Source of the DNA: Thermodesulfobacteriota bacterium
Lineage (GTDB): Bacteria; Desulfobacterota_D; UBA1144; Nemesobacterales; Nemesobacteraceae
DNA length: 64,000 nt
Direction of reading: 5' to 3'
Assembly: GCA_965204035.1 (NCBI GenBank)
Contig: OZ241964.1
Span: 1,231,933 to 1,295,932, forward strand
The position numbers and the translations under genes were made by a program. The notes beneath the pieces are model-generated. The model ran no database searches. It had not been told where the DNA came from and saw nothing but the letters and a program-made list of their open reading frames with translations. Shown piece after piece: positions 30,573-39,617 of this stretch (within the stretch, counting starts at the first letter, position 1; each line of letters begins with the position of its first letter).

Positions 30573-30657
30573 CTGGGCGGAGAGGGAATCGAACCCTCAC
30601 GGGCCAAAGCCCAACGGCTTTTGAGGCCGTCGCGTCTACCTATTCCGCCACCCGCCC
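30573..30657 (-). tRNA. tRNA-Leu(CAA)
   Basis: Reverse complement GGGCGGGTGGCGGAATAGGTAGACGCGACGGCCTCAAAAGCCGTTGGGCTTTGGCCCGTGAGGGTTCGATTCCCTCTCCGCCCA is a type II tRNA with a long variable arm and anticodon loop CTCAAAA. Confidence 0.8.
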
Positions 30658-30706
30658 TTAAGATAGGGGACTATTATTCTCGCTAAACCCGGAGAAATCA
30701 ACAGGG

Positions 30707-31243
30707 TCACTCCCCGAGGAAATAAAACCCGAACGCCGCTATCACTATGCAGTGATCTATGGTGCCTTCCCTTATGTATCGTTTTATTTCCCGCGGAGAG
30801 ACAAGCAGGGTTTCTATGTCTTCTGTAGTGTCAAAGGACGGTTCCGACGTCCGCTCACAGTCAGATGCGAGGAAGGTATAGCATGAGTTTGACATGAATG
30901 CGGGGTTCGGCCTGACGCACCCTATCTGCTTCCACCGGGTGGAGGCAAATCCCGTTTCCTCAAGCAGTTCCCTGCGCGCGCACTCAACGGGGCTTTCTCC
31001 CGGGTCGATCATTCCGCCCGGAATCTCAAGGGTGATCTCCCCGGTGCCGTGGCGAAACTGTTTTATAAGAACAATTTCACCGGAGTTTGTAACGGGGATA
31101 ATGTTAACCCAGTCGGGAGCGTCGATTACGTAGAAGTCGTGTGTGGCGCCGTCTTTGGGCGAGACGGTGCTTTTCTTTTTCGTCGAAAAAATTTTGTAAT
31201 CGCTGAGCGGAGTGCTTTTTTTAAGCTTCCATTTTTTCGGCAT
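30707..31243 (-). CDS. NUDIX hydrolase (ADP-ribose pyrophosphatase-like)
   Basis: Nudix box GGMIDPGESPVECARRELLEETG. Confidence 0.8.
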   Translation of the reverse strand: MPKKWKLKKSTPLSDYKIFSTKKKSTVSPKDGATHDFYVIDAPDWVNIIPVTNSGEIVLIKQFRHGTGEITLEIPGGMIDPGESPVECARRELLEETGFASTRWKQIGCVRPNPAFMSNSCYTFLASDCERTSEPSFDTTEDIETLLVSPREIKRYIREGTIDHCIVIAAFGFYFLGE

Positions 31244-31368
31244 TTCTGTATTTTAATAAACCCGATTCTCTTGTTAAACTAGAAAGAGTTTCTCACAAAC
31301 TGCGGGAAATTGCTTATAGAACTCTCGAAAGAATAATCCACGGAGTGTAATTACAACGATGATCATGG

Positions 31369-31460
31369 GGAGAGATGACCGAGTGGCCGAAGGTGCACGC
31401 CTGGAAAGCGTGTAGGGGGTTTACGCTCCCTCGTGGGTTCGAATCCCACTCTCTCCGCCA
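31369..31460 (+). tRNA. tRNA-Ser(GGA)
   Basis: GGAGAGATGACCGAGTGGCCGAAGGTGCACGCCTGGAAAGCGTGT...GGGTTCGAATCCCACTCTCTCCGCCA is a type II tRNA, near-identical in architecture to E. coli tRNA-Ser(GGA). Confidence 0.85.
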
Positions 31461-31483
31461 GATTCAGCTGGTCCCATGCACGA

Positions 31484-31837
31484 TTATTTTATAAGCTCTA
31501 TCTTGTCTTCAAGATTCGGCACAAGACACAGAAACTCAAAAGGCTCGTCGCCATCGACTTCATACCAGTGGGGCACCCCGGCAGGAATAAAGACTACGTC
31601 ATCCTTCTCGACGTTATATACATCATCTCCGATTCCAATACGTGCCTTGCCACCAAGCACATACTGCTCGTGCTCAACGGCGTTGGTATGAGCGGGGATA
31701 TCGCCTCCAGGCTGCATAACAAACTTTCTCATCGCGAAGTTCGGACCTTCCTCCGGACTGATAAGGACCTGCCTTGAAGTACCCTGCCCTGCTCCGATAA
31801 TCGTGCTTTCGACTTCTTTAACCTTCTTTACATACAT
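31484..31837 (-). CDS. Cupin-domain protein, paralog 1
   Basis: 117 aa with G(X)5HXH...E / G...P...H cupin motifs (PGGDIPAHTNAVEHEQYVL, VVFIPAGVPHWY). Confidence 0.7.
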   Translation of the reverse strand: MYVKKVKEVESTIIGAGQGTSRQVLISPEEGPNFAMRKFVMQPGGDIPAHTNAVEHEQYVLGGKARIGIGDDVYNVEKDDVVFIPAGVPHWYEVDGDEPFEFLCLVPNLEDKIELIK

Positions 31838-31957
31838 AATATTTCTATTATAGCACAGAAAAGACGGATTGTTCCATAGACACTTAGGGGGGTTATATGC
31901 AGTCCCAGCAGCCCTTAACGAGCGGGCATCGGTCTTTCCTGTCTTTTAACGGAGCGA

Positions 31958-32311
31958 CTACTCTGCGAAAACCATCTCGGTGTCTTTATTCGGCAGAACC
32001 GACAGAAGCTCAAAAGGTTCCTCTCCGTAAGCTTCATACCAGTGGGGCTCTCCGGCGGGGATAAAAACCACGTCGCCCTTTGCCACTTCATAAACCTGGT
32101 CCCCGATTCCGACCCTGGCCATGCCGGCAAGAACATACTGCTCATGCTCGGCGCCGCTTGTATGAGCGGGAATGCCGCCCCCGGGTTCAATGACAAGCTT
32201 TCTCATAGAGAAATTAGGGCCCTCCTCGGGACCTATCAGCATCTGTCTTGAAACGCCGTCTCCCGACTCCAGGACCTCGCTTTCTATATCGTCAATTCTT
32301 TTTACATGCAT
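31958..32311 (-). CDS. Cupin-domain protein, paralog 2 (tandem duplicate, ~60% aa identity to 31484..31837)
   Basis: 117 aa with the same motif layout (PGGGIPAHTSGAEHEQYVL, VVFIPAGEPHWY). Confidence 0.7.
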   Translation of the reverse strand: MHVKRIDDIESEVLESGDGVSRQMLIGPEEGPNFSMRKLVIEPGGGIPAHTSGAEHEQYVLAGMARVGIGDQVYEVAKGDVVFIPAGEPHWYEAYGEEPFELLSVLPNKDTEMVFAE

Positions 32312-32607
32312 GCGTTTTTACCTCCAACTGATTCCGACTTTTACTTATAGTATTCCATAATTTTATATACAGATAATTTATTAAAATCTTATTTGCCTTT
32401 CGTTTAATGCTGGTGAAGTCACATTAAACGGTAAACAAAACAGGAACCAAACGGAAAAGACGCTGCGGCGGAAATTCCGCCAGCCTGAATATTGCGCTGT
32501 TTTCCCCTGATACGCAACAAATTTCGCTATCCCGCATTTCTAAAAAATCGGTTTTTGTGTAGATTGATTAGACTGGACCGCAACGGTTCACCTGTTTGGA
32601 GAATAAA

Positions 32608-32700
<93 letters not shown>

Positions 32701-32721
32701 CTGGTCGCTGGTTTTGATATC

Positions 32722-34419
32722 ATGGCATACAGAGTACTTGCCCGCAAGTGGCGACCCCAGACTTTCGAAGACCTAGTCGGTCAGGAATTCCCAGCCGTAA
32801 CGCTCAGAAACTCTATCGAATCCGGGAAAATAGCCCACGCCCTCCTGTTCGCCGGCCCGAGAGGCACGGGCAAGACATCCACGGCGAGAATCGTCGCCAA
32901 GGCCGTAAACTGCGAGGAAAAAGACGGGGAGAAGTACCCCTGCTCAACCGACCAGTGCTCAATCTGCAAGGAGATATCAGAGGGGAAATCGCTTGACGTG
33001 CAGGAGATTGACGCCGCGTCGCACACGGGCGTGGCCGACGTTCGCGAGATCATAGAGAGCGTGAAATACTCCCCGGCTTCCGCGAAAAAGAAAGTCTACA
33101 TAATCGACGAAGTGCACATGCTCTCCCAGTCGGCCTTTAACGCCCTTCTCAAAATAATGGAAGAGCCCCCCGAGCACGCGATTTTCATACTGGCGACCAC
33201 CGAAGCGCACAAGGTCCCCCCGACCATCATGTCCCGCTGCCAGAGATACGACTTCAAGAAGATACCGGTCGAGAAAATAAAGGAATCCCTCGAGAAGATA
33301 ACAAAGGCGGAGGGGATAAAGATCGACACGGAAACCCTCTACCTGATCGCGAGGGAATCGGAGGGAAGCATGAGGGACTCGCTGAGCCTGCTTGACCAGC
33401 TGACGGTGTCCTTCGAAGACAAAATAACCCACACAGACGTGATAAGCCTGCTCGGCATACCGGATAACGAGTCGCTTAAAAGCATCCTTAGGGCCGTTTT
33501 CGCCAAGGAGCCGGCAAAATGCGTGGAGCTTGTGCGAAACGCCGAGTCGAAGGGAATAAGCCCGAGGAGAATGGCCCAGGACATCATCTACATGATGAGG
33601 AACCTGCTCTACCTTAAGATCTGCGGCAAGGATTTTGTTTCCGACCTGTCCCCGGATGAAAAAGACGAACTTTCGGAACTTGTAAAGAACGAATCCACAG
33701 AAACCGTGGAACTCCTTTTTAACGTAATAATCGAAGGGGGAGAGAAGATACGCGGCTCCTTTTACCCGGAAATAGTGCTTGAACTTGCGCTTGTAAAGAT
33801 GAGCACGGTCGGAAAAGTCGAAAAGATAGACGACATCCTGAAAAGGCTTGAGAGACTGTCTCCGCAGGGCTCCGGCACGGGGAAACCACCGGGTCCCCAG
33901 GGAGGACAGAGGAAAACCGCGGCGCGCGGTTCCGAGAAACGGCAGGACAAACCCGCAGAGAAAAAGAGCAGGCACGTTGAAGAAAAAGACGCGGGGGAAA
34001 ACGAAAAACCGCCAAAGCAAACACCCGCGCCCGCGACCGGGGAGCAGACCTCGGGCGGCGGTCCCGCAAAACAGGAGGTCGTTGACTTTGTGCACGGCAA
34101 AGACAAGTTTTTAGCGAGAAAGCTTGCCCAGGCACACCTCCTTGAAGTAAGCGGGAACCGGGTGAGCGTGAAATTTCTTAAAAACGGCATAAATCATGAA
34201 AAAGAGCTTAAAAAATCAAGCAAACTAAGAGATATACTAAGTGAGATGCTCGGCGCTGAGAGAGTAAGGCTCGATATAGATACCATAAACGACGAGGGGA
34301 TTAACGGAACCGGCAAAGCCTCGAGAAAGCCTGATCCCGCGGAGGACGAGATAGTTAACTACGCCATCCGGCAGTTTGACGCCAGCGTGATAAAAAGAAA
34401 AAATTTAAGCCAGGGGTGA
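32722..34419 (+). CDS. dnaX: DNA polymerase III subunit gamma/tau
   Basis: MAYRVLARKWRPQTFEDLVGQE, Walker A GPRGTGKTS, zinc module C..C...C..C, SRC motif, and a charged C-terminal tau extension. Start reassigned to the internal ATG at 32722. Confidence 0.9.
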   Translation: MAYRVLARKWRPQTFEDLVGQEFPAVTLRNSIESGKIAHALLFAGPRGTGKTSTARIVAKAVNCEEKDGEKYPCSTDQCSICKEISEGKSLDVQEIDAASHTGVADVREIIESVKYSPASAKKKVYIIDEVHMLSQSAFNALLKIMEEPPEHAIFILATTEAHKVPPTIMSRCQRYDFKKIPVEKIKESLEKITKAEGIKIDTETLYLIARESEGSMRDSLSLLDQLTVSFEDKITHTDVISLLGIPDNESLKSILRAVFAKEPAKCVELVRNAESKGISPRRMAQDIIYMMRNLLYLKICGKDFVSDLSPDEKDELSELVKNESTETVELLFNVIIEGGEKIRGSFYPEIVLELALVKMSTVGKVEKIDDILKRLERLSPQGSGTGKPPGPQGGQRKTAARGSEKRQDKPAEKKSRHVEEKDAGENEKPPKQTPAPATGEQTSGGGPAKQEVVDFVHGKDKFLARKLAQAHLLEVSGNRVSVKFLKNGINHEKELKKSSKLRDILSEMLGAERVRLDIDTINDEGINGTGKASRKPDPAEDEIVNYAIRQFDASVIKRKNLSQG

Positions 34420-34423
34420 AAAA

Positions 34424-34747
34424 ATGAAACTAGGCGGAAACATGAAGAACATCATGAAGCAGATGGGGAAGATGAAGGAGCAGATGGAGCGCCTTCAGAA
34501 CGAGGCCGGGGAAAAAACCGTGGAAGCTTCTTCCGGGGGCGGAATGGTCACGGTCACCGCGAAAGCAAAGGGGGAGATAGTATCAATAGTCGTAGAGCCC
34601 GAAATAATAAGCGAAACCGACGTTGAGATGCTCCAGGACCTTGTGATCGCCGCCGTAAACGAAGCCCTTTACAAGGGACAGGAGCTTATGAAAGACGAAG
34701 TCTCGCGCTTCACCGCCGGCATGGGACTTCCGCCGGGGCTTATCTGA
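34424..34747 (+). CDS. ybaB: Nucleoid-associated protein YbaB/EbfC
   Basis: 107 aa; MKQMGKMKEQMERLQNEAGEKTVEASSGGGMVTVT is a typical YbaB pattern. Conserved dnaX-ybaB-recR order. Confidence 0.85.
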   Translation: MKLGGNMKNIMKQMGKMKEQMERLQNEAGEKTVEASSGGGMVTVTAKAKGEIVSIVVEPEIISETDVEMLQDLVIAAVNEALYKGQELMKDEVSRFTAGMGLPPGLI

Positions 34748-34748
34748 G

Positions 34749-35354
34749 ATGCAAAGAACCGGCCTTCCCGAGCCGATCTCAAGACTTATAGAAGAGCTTT
34801 CCAAGCTTCCGGGAATCGGCGAGAAAAACGCTACACGCCTCGCATTTCACATATTCCGATCATCAGAAGGCTACGCGCGCAGTCTCTCAAGCGCGATAAT
34901 CAGCACCAAATCCGACGTAAGGATGTGCAGCAGGTGCTTTAACTTCACGGAAAAAGACCCCTGCGCGATCTGCTCCGATCCTTCAAGGGACCCGCAGACC
35001 CTCTGCGTCGTCGAAGAACCACTTGACCTGCTGGCCATAGAGAGAAGCGGGGAGTTCCGGGGGCAATACCATGTCCTCCACGGGGTGATCTCTCCCCTTG
35101 AGGGCGTGGGCCCGGAGGACCTCAGGATAAAAGAACTTCTGGCAAGGGTCGATCGCGAGGATATAAGGGAAATAATAATCGCGACCGGCACTAACGTCGA
35201 AGGCGAGGCTACCGCGGTTTACCTCTCAAGAACCATAAAGCCCCTAGGGATCAGAACCTCGAGAATAGCCTACGGAATACCCGTCGGCGGAGACATAGAG
35301 TTCATAGACGAACTCACGCTCGGCAAGGCGCTTCGGGACAGAAAGGAGATGTAG
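34749..35354 (+). CDS. recR: Recombination protein RecR
   Basis: HhH motif LPGIGEKNA, C4 zinc finger CSRCFNFTEKDPCAIC, and a Toprim domain. Confidence 0.9.
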   Translation: MQRTGLPEPISRLIEELSKLPGIGEKNATRLAFHIFRSSEGYARSLSSAIISTKSDVRMCSRCFNFTEKDPCAICSDPSRDPQTLCVVEEPLDLLAIERSGEFRGQYHVLHGVISPLEGVGPEDLRIKELLARVDREDIREIIIATGTNVEGEATAVYLSRTIKPLGIRTSRIAYGIPVGGDIEFIDELTLGKALRDRKEM

Positions 35355-35363
35355 CCCGGCGTC

Positions 35364-37019
35364 TCACCCCTCGCCCGTGGTTTTCCTGGATACGAACGCA
35401 GCTTCAAGAATCAGCCAGACGGCAAGAACGAACATTATCACCGAGAGGCTGAAAAGAAGCGTGTTATGCAGAAAATACTTAAGGTTGAAAAATATGGAGG
35501 CCGTTGTCATGGCCACCAGGAAAATCATCGGCACGAACGTGTAGATAAACGGTTTTTTCAATCTTCTCAGGTAAAGGGTAATCAGAAGCAGCGTGATTCC
35601 GGCTATCAGCTGGTTTGTAGCGCCGAAAAGAGGCCATAGCAGAAATCCTCCCGAGCCCGGCCCCTTGCCGGGAACCTGCGCGAAAAGCGCCAGGGCAAGC
35701 GGAGGCACGATGGCGAAAAACGCCCCGACATACCTGTTTTTAAGAGCCTTTATTCCGTAGGCCTCCCCCAGTTCGCCTATGACGATCCTCTGTATCCTGG
35801 CCCCGGTATCAAGTGAAGTCGCCGCGAAACTTATCACTATCACGCTTATAAGTGTGGTCCCCAGTATCTCGGGGATATGTATTGAGGTAAGAAAGGTCGA
35901 AGCCCCCATGACAAAATTCGCTATGCTGCCGCTTGATGCCGCTTCCCACGAATGATAGTGCTTAAGCCATGCGCTGCGTTCTATCCCCGCCGCGACCGCG
36001 AGAGTCGCTATCATGGCTAGCGTGCCCTCCCCCAGCATGCCCCCGTAACCCACGAATCTTGCGTGCGACATCTTGTCAAGCTGCTTTGAGGTGGTTCCGC
36101 TCGCGACAAGACCGTGGAATCCGCTTACCGCTCCGCACGCAACGGTTATGAAAAGAAACGGAAGCACTGGAAGCCCGTCGGCGGCAAAGTTAATGGCCGG
36201 GGCCTGCATCTCGGGATGCGCGACCATTATCCCGGTTATAAGTATCGCGAGACCCACGAAAAGATGGATTCCGTTTATGTAGTCCCTGGGCTGAAGAAGC
36301 ATCCACACGGGAAGAACCGATGCCACGAAGGAGTAGACCATCAGGATGATTACCCACGTCACCACCTGGCTTCCCATCACCTCGGGGATGGTCAGGGGAA
36401 CTTTGGTTCCCGCCCAGATCATGAAATAAAGAAGCGCAAGCGCGATTATTGACGGCCAGAGTATGGGAACGTTCTTCCTGTAGAAGAGAAATCCGATAAC
36501 AAGCGCCACAAGTATCTGGAAGTTCACCGGAAGCACGCTCTCGGGAAAGCTTACGAAAAGAACCGCGATCGCGTAGGCAAAAACCGCTATCACGAAAAAG
36601 ACCAGAAAGCAGACTATGAGAAGAAAAAGGGTTCTTCCCCTCGGGCTTATGAGTGTGCCGGCGAGGTCCCCGACGGATCTTCCCCTGTTTCTCGCCGAGA
36701 TGACAAGAGCGCCGAAATCATGAACGGCCCCGATGAAAATCGTTCCGAACACGACCCAGATAATCGCCGGAACCCAGCCCCAGAACACGGCTATGGCCGG
36801 CCCTATTATAGGAGCGGCACCCGCTATGGATGCGAAATGATGGCCGAAAAGAATGTGCCGGCCAGCGGGCACGTAGTCCACTCCGTCTCGCAACTGGTGG
36901 GCGGGAGTAGGCTCCCCGTCTTTTACTCCGTAGACTTTCTCGGAGATGAACTTCGAGTAATACCTGTACCCGACCAAGTAAAAAGCTATTACGACTATCG
37001 CTATTACGGCTGCGTTCAT
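35364..37019 (-). CDS. cstA: Carbon starvation protein A family transporter
   Basis: 551 aa polytopic membrane protein. N-terminal CstA signature region (YVPAGRHILFGHHFASIAGAAPIIGPAIAVFWGW). Confidence 0.75.
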   Translation of the reverse strand: MNAAVIAIVVIAFYLVGYRYYSKFISEKVYGVKDGEPTPAHQLRDGVDYVPAGRHILFGHHFASIAGAAPIIGPAIAVFWGWVPAIIWVVFGTIFIGAVHDFGALVISARNRGRSVGDLAGTLISPRGRTLFLLIVCFLVFFVIAVFAYAIAVLFVSFPESVLPVNFQILVALVIGFLFYRKNVPILWPSIIALALLYFMIWAGTKVPLTIPEVMGSQVVTWVIILMVYSFVASVLPVWMLLQPRDYINGIHLFVGLAILITGIMVAHPEMQAPAINFAADGLPVLPFLFITVACGAVSGFHGLVASGTTSKQLDKMSHARFVGYGGMLGEGTLAMIATLAVAAGIERSAWLKHYHSWEAASSGSIANFVMGASTFLTSIHIPEILGTTLISVIVISFAATSLDTGARIQRIVIGELGEAYGIKALKNRYVGAFFAIVPPLALALFAQVPGKGPGSGGFLLWPLFGATNQLIAGITLLLITLYLRRLKKPFIYTFVPMIFLVAMTTASIFFNLKYFLHNTLLFSLSVIMFVLAVWLILEAAFVSRKTTGEG

Positions 37020-37097
37020 CCAGAGTTCCCTTAAATCAGATAACCGGAGATTTTATCATTATAAAGAAAAAACCGCAGGACTGAAACCAGGCTATTC

Positions 37098-38984
37098 TCA
37101 ACTGAAATTCTTGCGCATGTGCTCGCTCACCTCATCCCACCTGCCGTAAAGAGCAGAGAGTTTCGCCTCAAGTTCGCCGAGCTGCCTTGTTCTTTCTTTC
37201 CAGTCAGTACCTTGGGGAGAAGTCTCGGGATTCGCAAGAAACCTCTCCACCTTCTCTTTTTCAATTTCACATTCCGATATCCTGCTCTCAAGATCCGAAA
37301 GAGCATTTTCCATCTGTTTTCTCGAAAGAAGCGTCCAGTTCTCCATGTTCTCTATGCCTTTTTCGCGAAGTTCCCTGTAAAGCCGGTTTCGCCGCTCCGC
37401 CTCAAGGGCTTTTGCGGTTTTCTTCCTGGGTTCGTCGTTCTGCATCTCGGCAGGCACCTTTTGGTCATCGGAGTCGCGGGCTTTTTTCTCGAGAAATTCC
37501 GAGTAATTGCCTATAAAGGTCTCGACTCCTCCCCCTTCCACATACCATGTCCTGTTCACGAGGCTGTCAATGAAATACCTGTCGTGGCTTATCAGCAAGA
37601 AGGTGCCGGAATACTCCCCGAGGGCGTGGCGAAGCACTTCCCTTGATGCCATGTCAAGATGATTTGTAGGCTCATCGAGAACCAGGAAATTGGAGCGGGA
37701 GACCAGAATCTTTAGAAGTGAGAGGCGGCTTTTCTCGCCGCCCGAGAGGACCGAGACCTTCTTGGTTATATCGGAAGCGCCGAAAAGAAACGAGCCCAGA
37801 AGCGTTCTTGCCTCGGTCTGGGAAAAAAGAGGATAAGCTCCGATGAACTCTTCGTAAACCGTGTTCCGCGGATTAAGCATCTCGTCCTGGTTCTGCGCGT
37901 AGTAGCCAAGGGTTACGTTGTGGCCTAGGCGGCTTTGGCCGGAGAAGCCCTCCACACCAGCAATCATTTTGCAGAGAGTGGTCTTCCCCTCACCGTTTTT
38001 CCCGGTAACGGCTATCCTGTCTCCTCTTTCCACGCGAAGCGCGGGGGAGTTTTGAAAAACGATATTTCTCGCGCCGCCGGGAGTTTCATACTCCTTTGAG
38101 AAATCGCTTATCTCATAAACCACTCGTCCCGCGCGCTCGGGGGCGGGGAAATCAAACTCAAGGGTTCTTCGGGTCTCCGGAGACGAGGCTTCGGGCTCCA
38201 TTTTCTCAAGCATCTTTATCCTGCTCTGCACCTGCCTTGCCTTTGAAGCCTTGTACCTGAACCGCTCTATGAAACGGCGCTGCGCCCGGAGTTTTCTCTC
38301 CTGGTTTTTGGCAGTCGCCTCGGTGACCGCGGCAATCTGCTCTTTTCTCTCAAGGTAAGAGGAATAATCGCCCCGAAACTCCCTTATCACCCCGCCTTCA
38401 AGCTCCGCTATCGTGTCAACCATGCGGTCAAGGAGATATTTGTCGTGAGATACCAGGACCACGGTTCCGCGGTAGTCCCCAAGGTACCCTTCAAGCCACT
38501 CTATGCTTTTTATGTCAAGATGGTTGGTCGGCTCATCGAGAAGAAGAACCTGGGGTTCCAGAAGAAGTATTCTCGCAAGCTCAACCCGCATTTTCCAGCC
38601 GCCCGAAAGAGAAGAGACCTTATGGGAGAGCTGCTCACCCGTAAAACCCAGTCCGAAAAGGATTTTCTCGGCTTCGTGAACAGGTTTTTCTGAACCGTCC
38701 TCGCCTTCGCCGCGGTCGCCCGCGCGGGCCGCCGAGAGCACCGTAAGATCACCCGTTTCCAGATCCATTATCTGCGGCAGATAGCCCACGGTCAGCGCGG
38801 AGGGAACCGAAGCCTGTCCTTTTTCCGGTTCCATGAGTCCCATCACGATCTCAAGCAGCGTGGTTTTACCCGAGCCGTTCGGACCTACAAGACCGTATTT
38901 TCTTCCCTTTTTTATACCCCACTCAAGGTTTCGGAAAAGTTCCTTGCCGGCGAAGGAATGACATGTGCCTGACAGACTGATCAT
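37098..38984 (-). CDS. ABC-F family ATPase (tandem ABC domains with a C-terminal coiled-coil; EttA/Uup-like translation factor)
   Basis: Two Walker A motifs (GPNGSGKTT, GKNGEGKTT), two LSGG signature motifs, no TM domain, and a charged C-terminal extension. Confidence 0.8.
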   Translation of the reverse strand: MISLSGTCHSFAGKELFRNLEWGIKKGRKYGLVGPNGSGKTTLLEIVMGLMEPEKGQASVPSALTVGYLPQIMDLETGDLTVLSAARAGDRGEGEDGSEKPVHEAEKILFGLGFTGEQLSHKVSSLSGGWKMRVELARILLLEPQVLLLDEPTNHLDIKSIEWLEGYLGDYRGTVVLVSHDKYLLDRMVDTIAELEGGVIREFRGDYSSYLERKEQIAAVTEATAKNQERKLRAQRRFIERFRYKASKARQVQSRIKMLEKMEPEASSPETRRTLEFDFPAPERAGRVVYEISDFSKEYETPGGARNIVFQNSPALRVERGDRIAVTGKNGEGKTTLCKMIAGVEGFSGQSRLGHNVTLGYYAQNQDEMLNPRNTVYEEFIGAYPLFSQTEARTLLGSFLFGASDITKKVSVLSGGEKSRLSLLKILVSRSNFLVLDEPTNHLDMASREVLRHALGEYSGTFLLISHDRYFIDSLVNRTWYVEGGGVETFIGNYSEFLEKKARDSDDQKVPAEMQNDEPRKKTAKALEAERRNRLYRELREKGIENMENWTLLSRKQMENALSDLESRISECEIEKEKVERFLANPETSPQGTDWKERTRQLGELEAKLSALYGRWDEVSEHMRKNFS

Positions 38985-39036
38985 CTCAACAGAAATAAAA
39001 AAACCTGATGCTATTTTTCAGCGATATCAACCCTGT
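38984..39036. repeat. Left copy of a ~50-bp imperfect direct repeat flanking the low-GC R-M island
   Basis: CTCAACAGAAATAAAAAAACCTGATGCTATTTTTCAGCGATATCAACCCT aligns (~85% identity) with CTCGACAAAAATAAAAAGAAACCTGATACTATTTCCCGGCGATACCCT at 42531-42580. Confidence 0.6.
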
Positions 39037-39107
39037 TCCCCGGCTGCAAGTATGGAAAAAACCTGAGTCAGAATCCAGCAACTTAATTGTGGATATGTCA
39101 GCAAGAA

Positions 39108-39371
39108 TCATGAAGGCAATCCGGTATCATCATCGTATAGGAAGTTATCGGCTTCTGCTGCGGCAACACCGTCTAGACGCTTGGTCTTGGACCCTGCTGC
39201 TATCCTTTGAATTGCGGACAGTTTTTCGGCAGGGCTTTTCTTTCCGGCCAGAAGCGGCCTTATTTCAGCCACGGGCCTGCCGTGCTTCGTAAGAATTACC
39301 TCTTCACCTGCCAAGGCCGCATTTACTAGTGCGGACAATTTCGCCTTCGCTTCACTAATAGCTATTTTCAT
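39108..39371 (-). CDS. Phd/YefM-family antitoxin-like protein with no intact partner toxin
   Basis: MKIAISEAKAKLSALVNAALAGEEVILTKHGRPVAEIRP is a Phd pattern. Start reassigned to the internal ATG at 39371. A 41-codon ORF (38986-39111) overlaps its stop as ATGA but consists largely of the direct-repeat sequence. Confidence 0.6.
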   Translation of the reverse strand: MKIAISEAKAKLSALVNAALAGEEVILTKHGRPVAEIRPLLAGKKSPAEKLSAIQRIAAGSKTKRLDGVAAAEADNFLYDDDTGLPS

Positions 39372-39617
39372 TATATACCTCTGTATATGTGGGATTTTAA
39401 CTGTTGCTTGCAATCCCACATGTTAGAACAAAAAAATTATCTTTTGGACTAAAAGTGCGGTTTCTTGAATAAGGGATGGAATTTTAAATCTGCATCTTGA
39501 ACAATTATCCACATAAGAAGTATATAGCCCATAAAAGTGGAATCCAATTCGAGGAAAGTTCTAAGAAGCACTAACCTTAATATTGAAGGTGAGTAACTGT
39601 GGTTATGTGTTATCTAG

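Noticed and set aside
32977-34095. 372-aa minus-strand ORF antisense to dnaX and several other long antisense ORFs (22483-23418 in cimA, 44049-45014 in clpA, 16946-17599 in the ARH gene, 26207-26815 in trhO)
   Set aside because: Low-complexity Arg/Gly/Pro-rich translations opposite well-supported genes; high-GC artefacts.
38986-39111. 41-codon ORF (MILADISTIKLL...) overlapping the Phd-like gene stop as ATGA, considered as a toxin remnant
   Set aside because: About half of it is made of the left direct-repeat sequence and it has no recognisable toxin motif. It cannot be supported as a gene.
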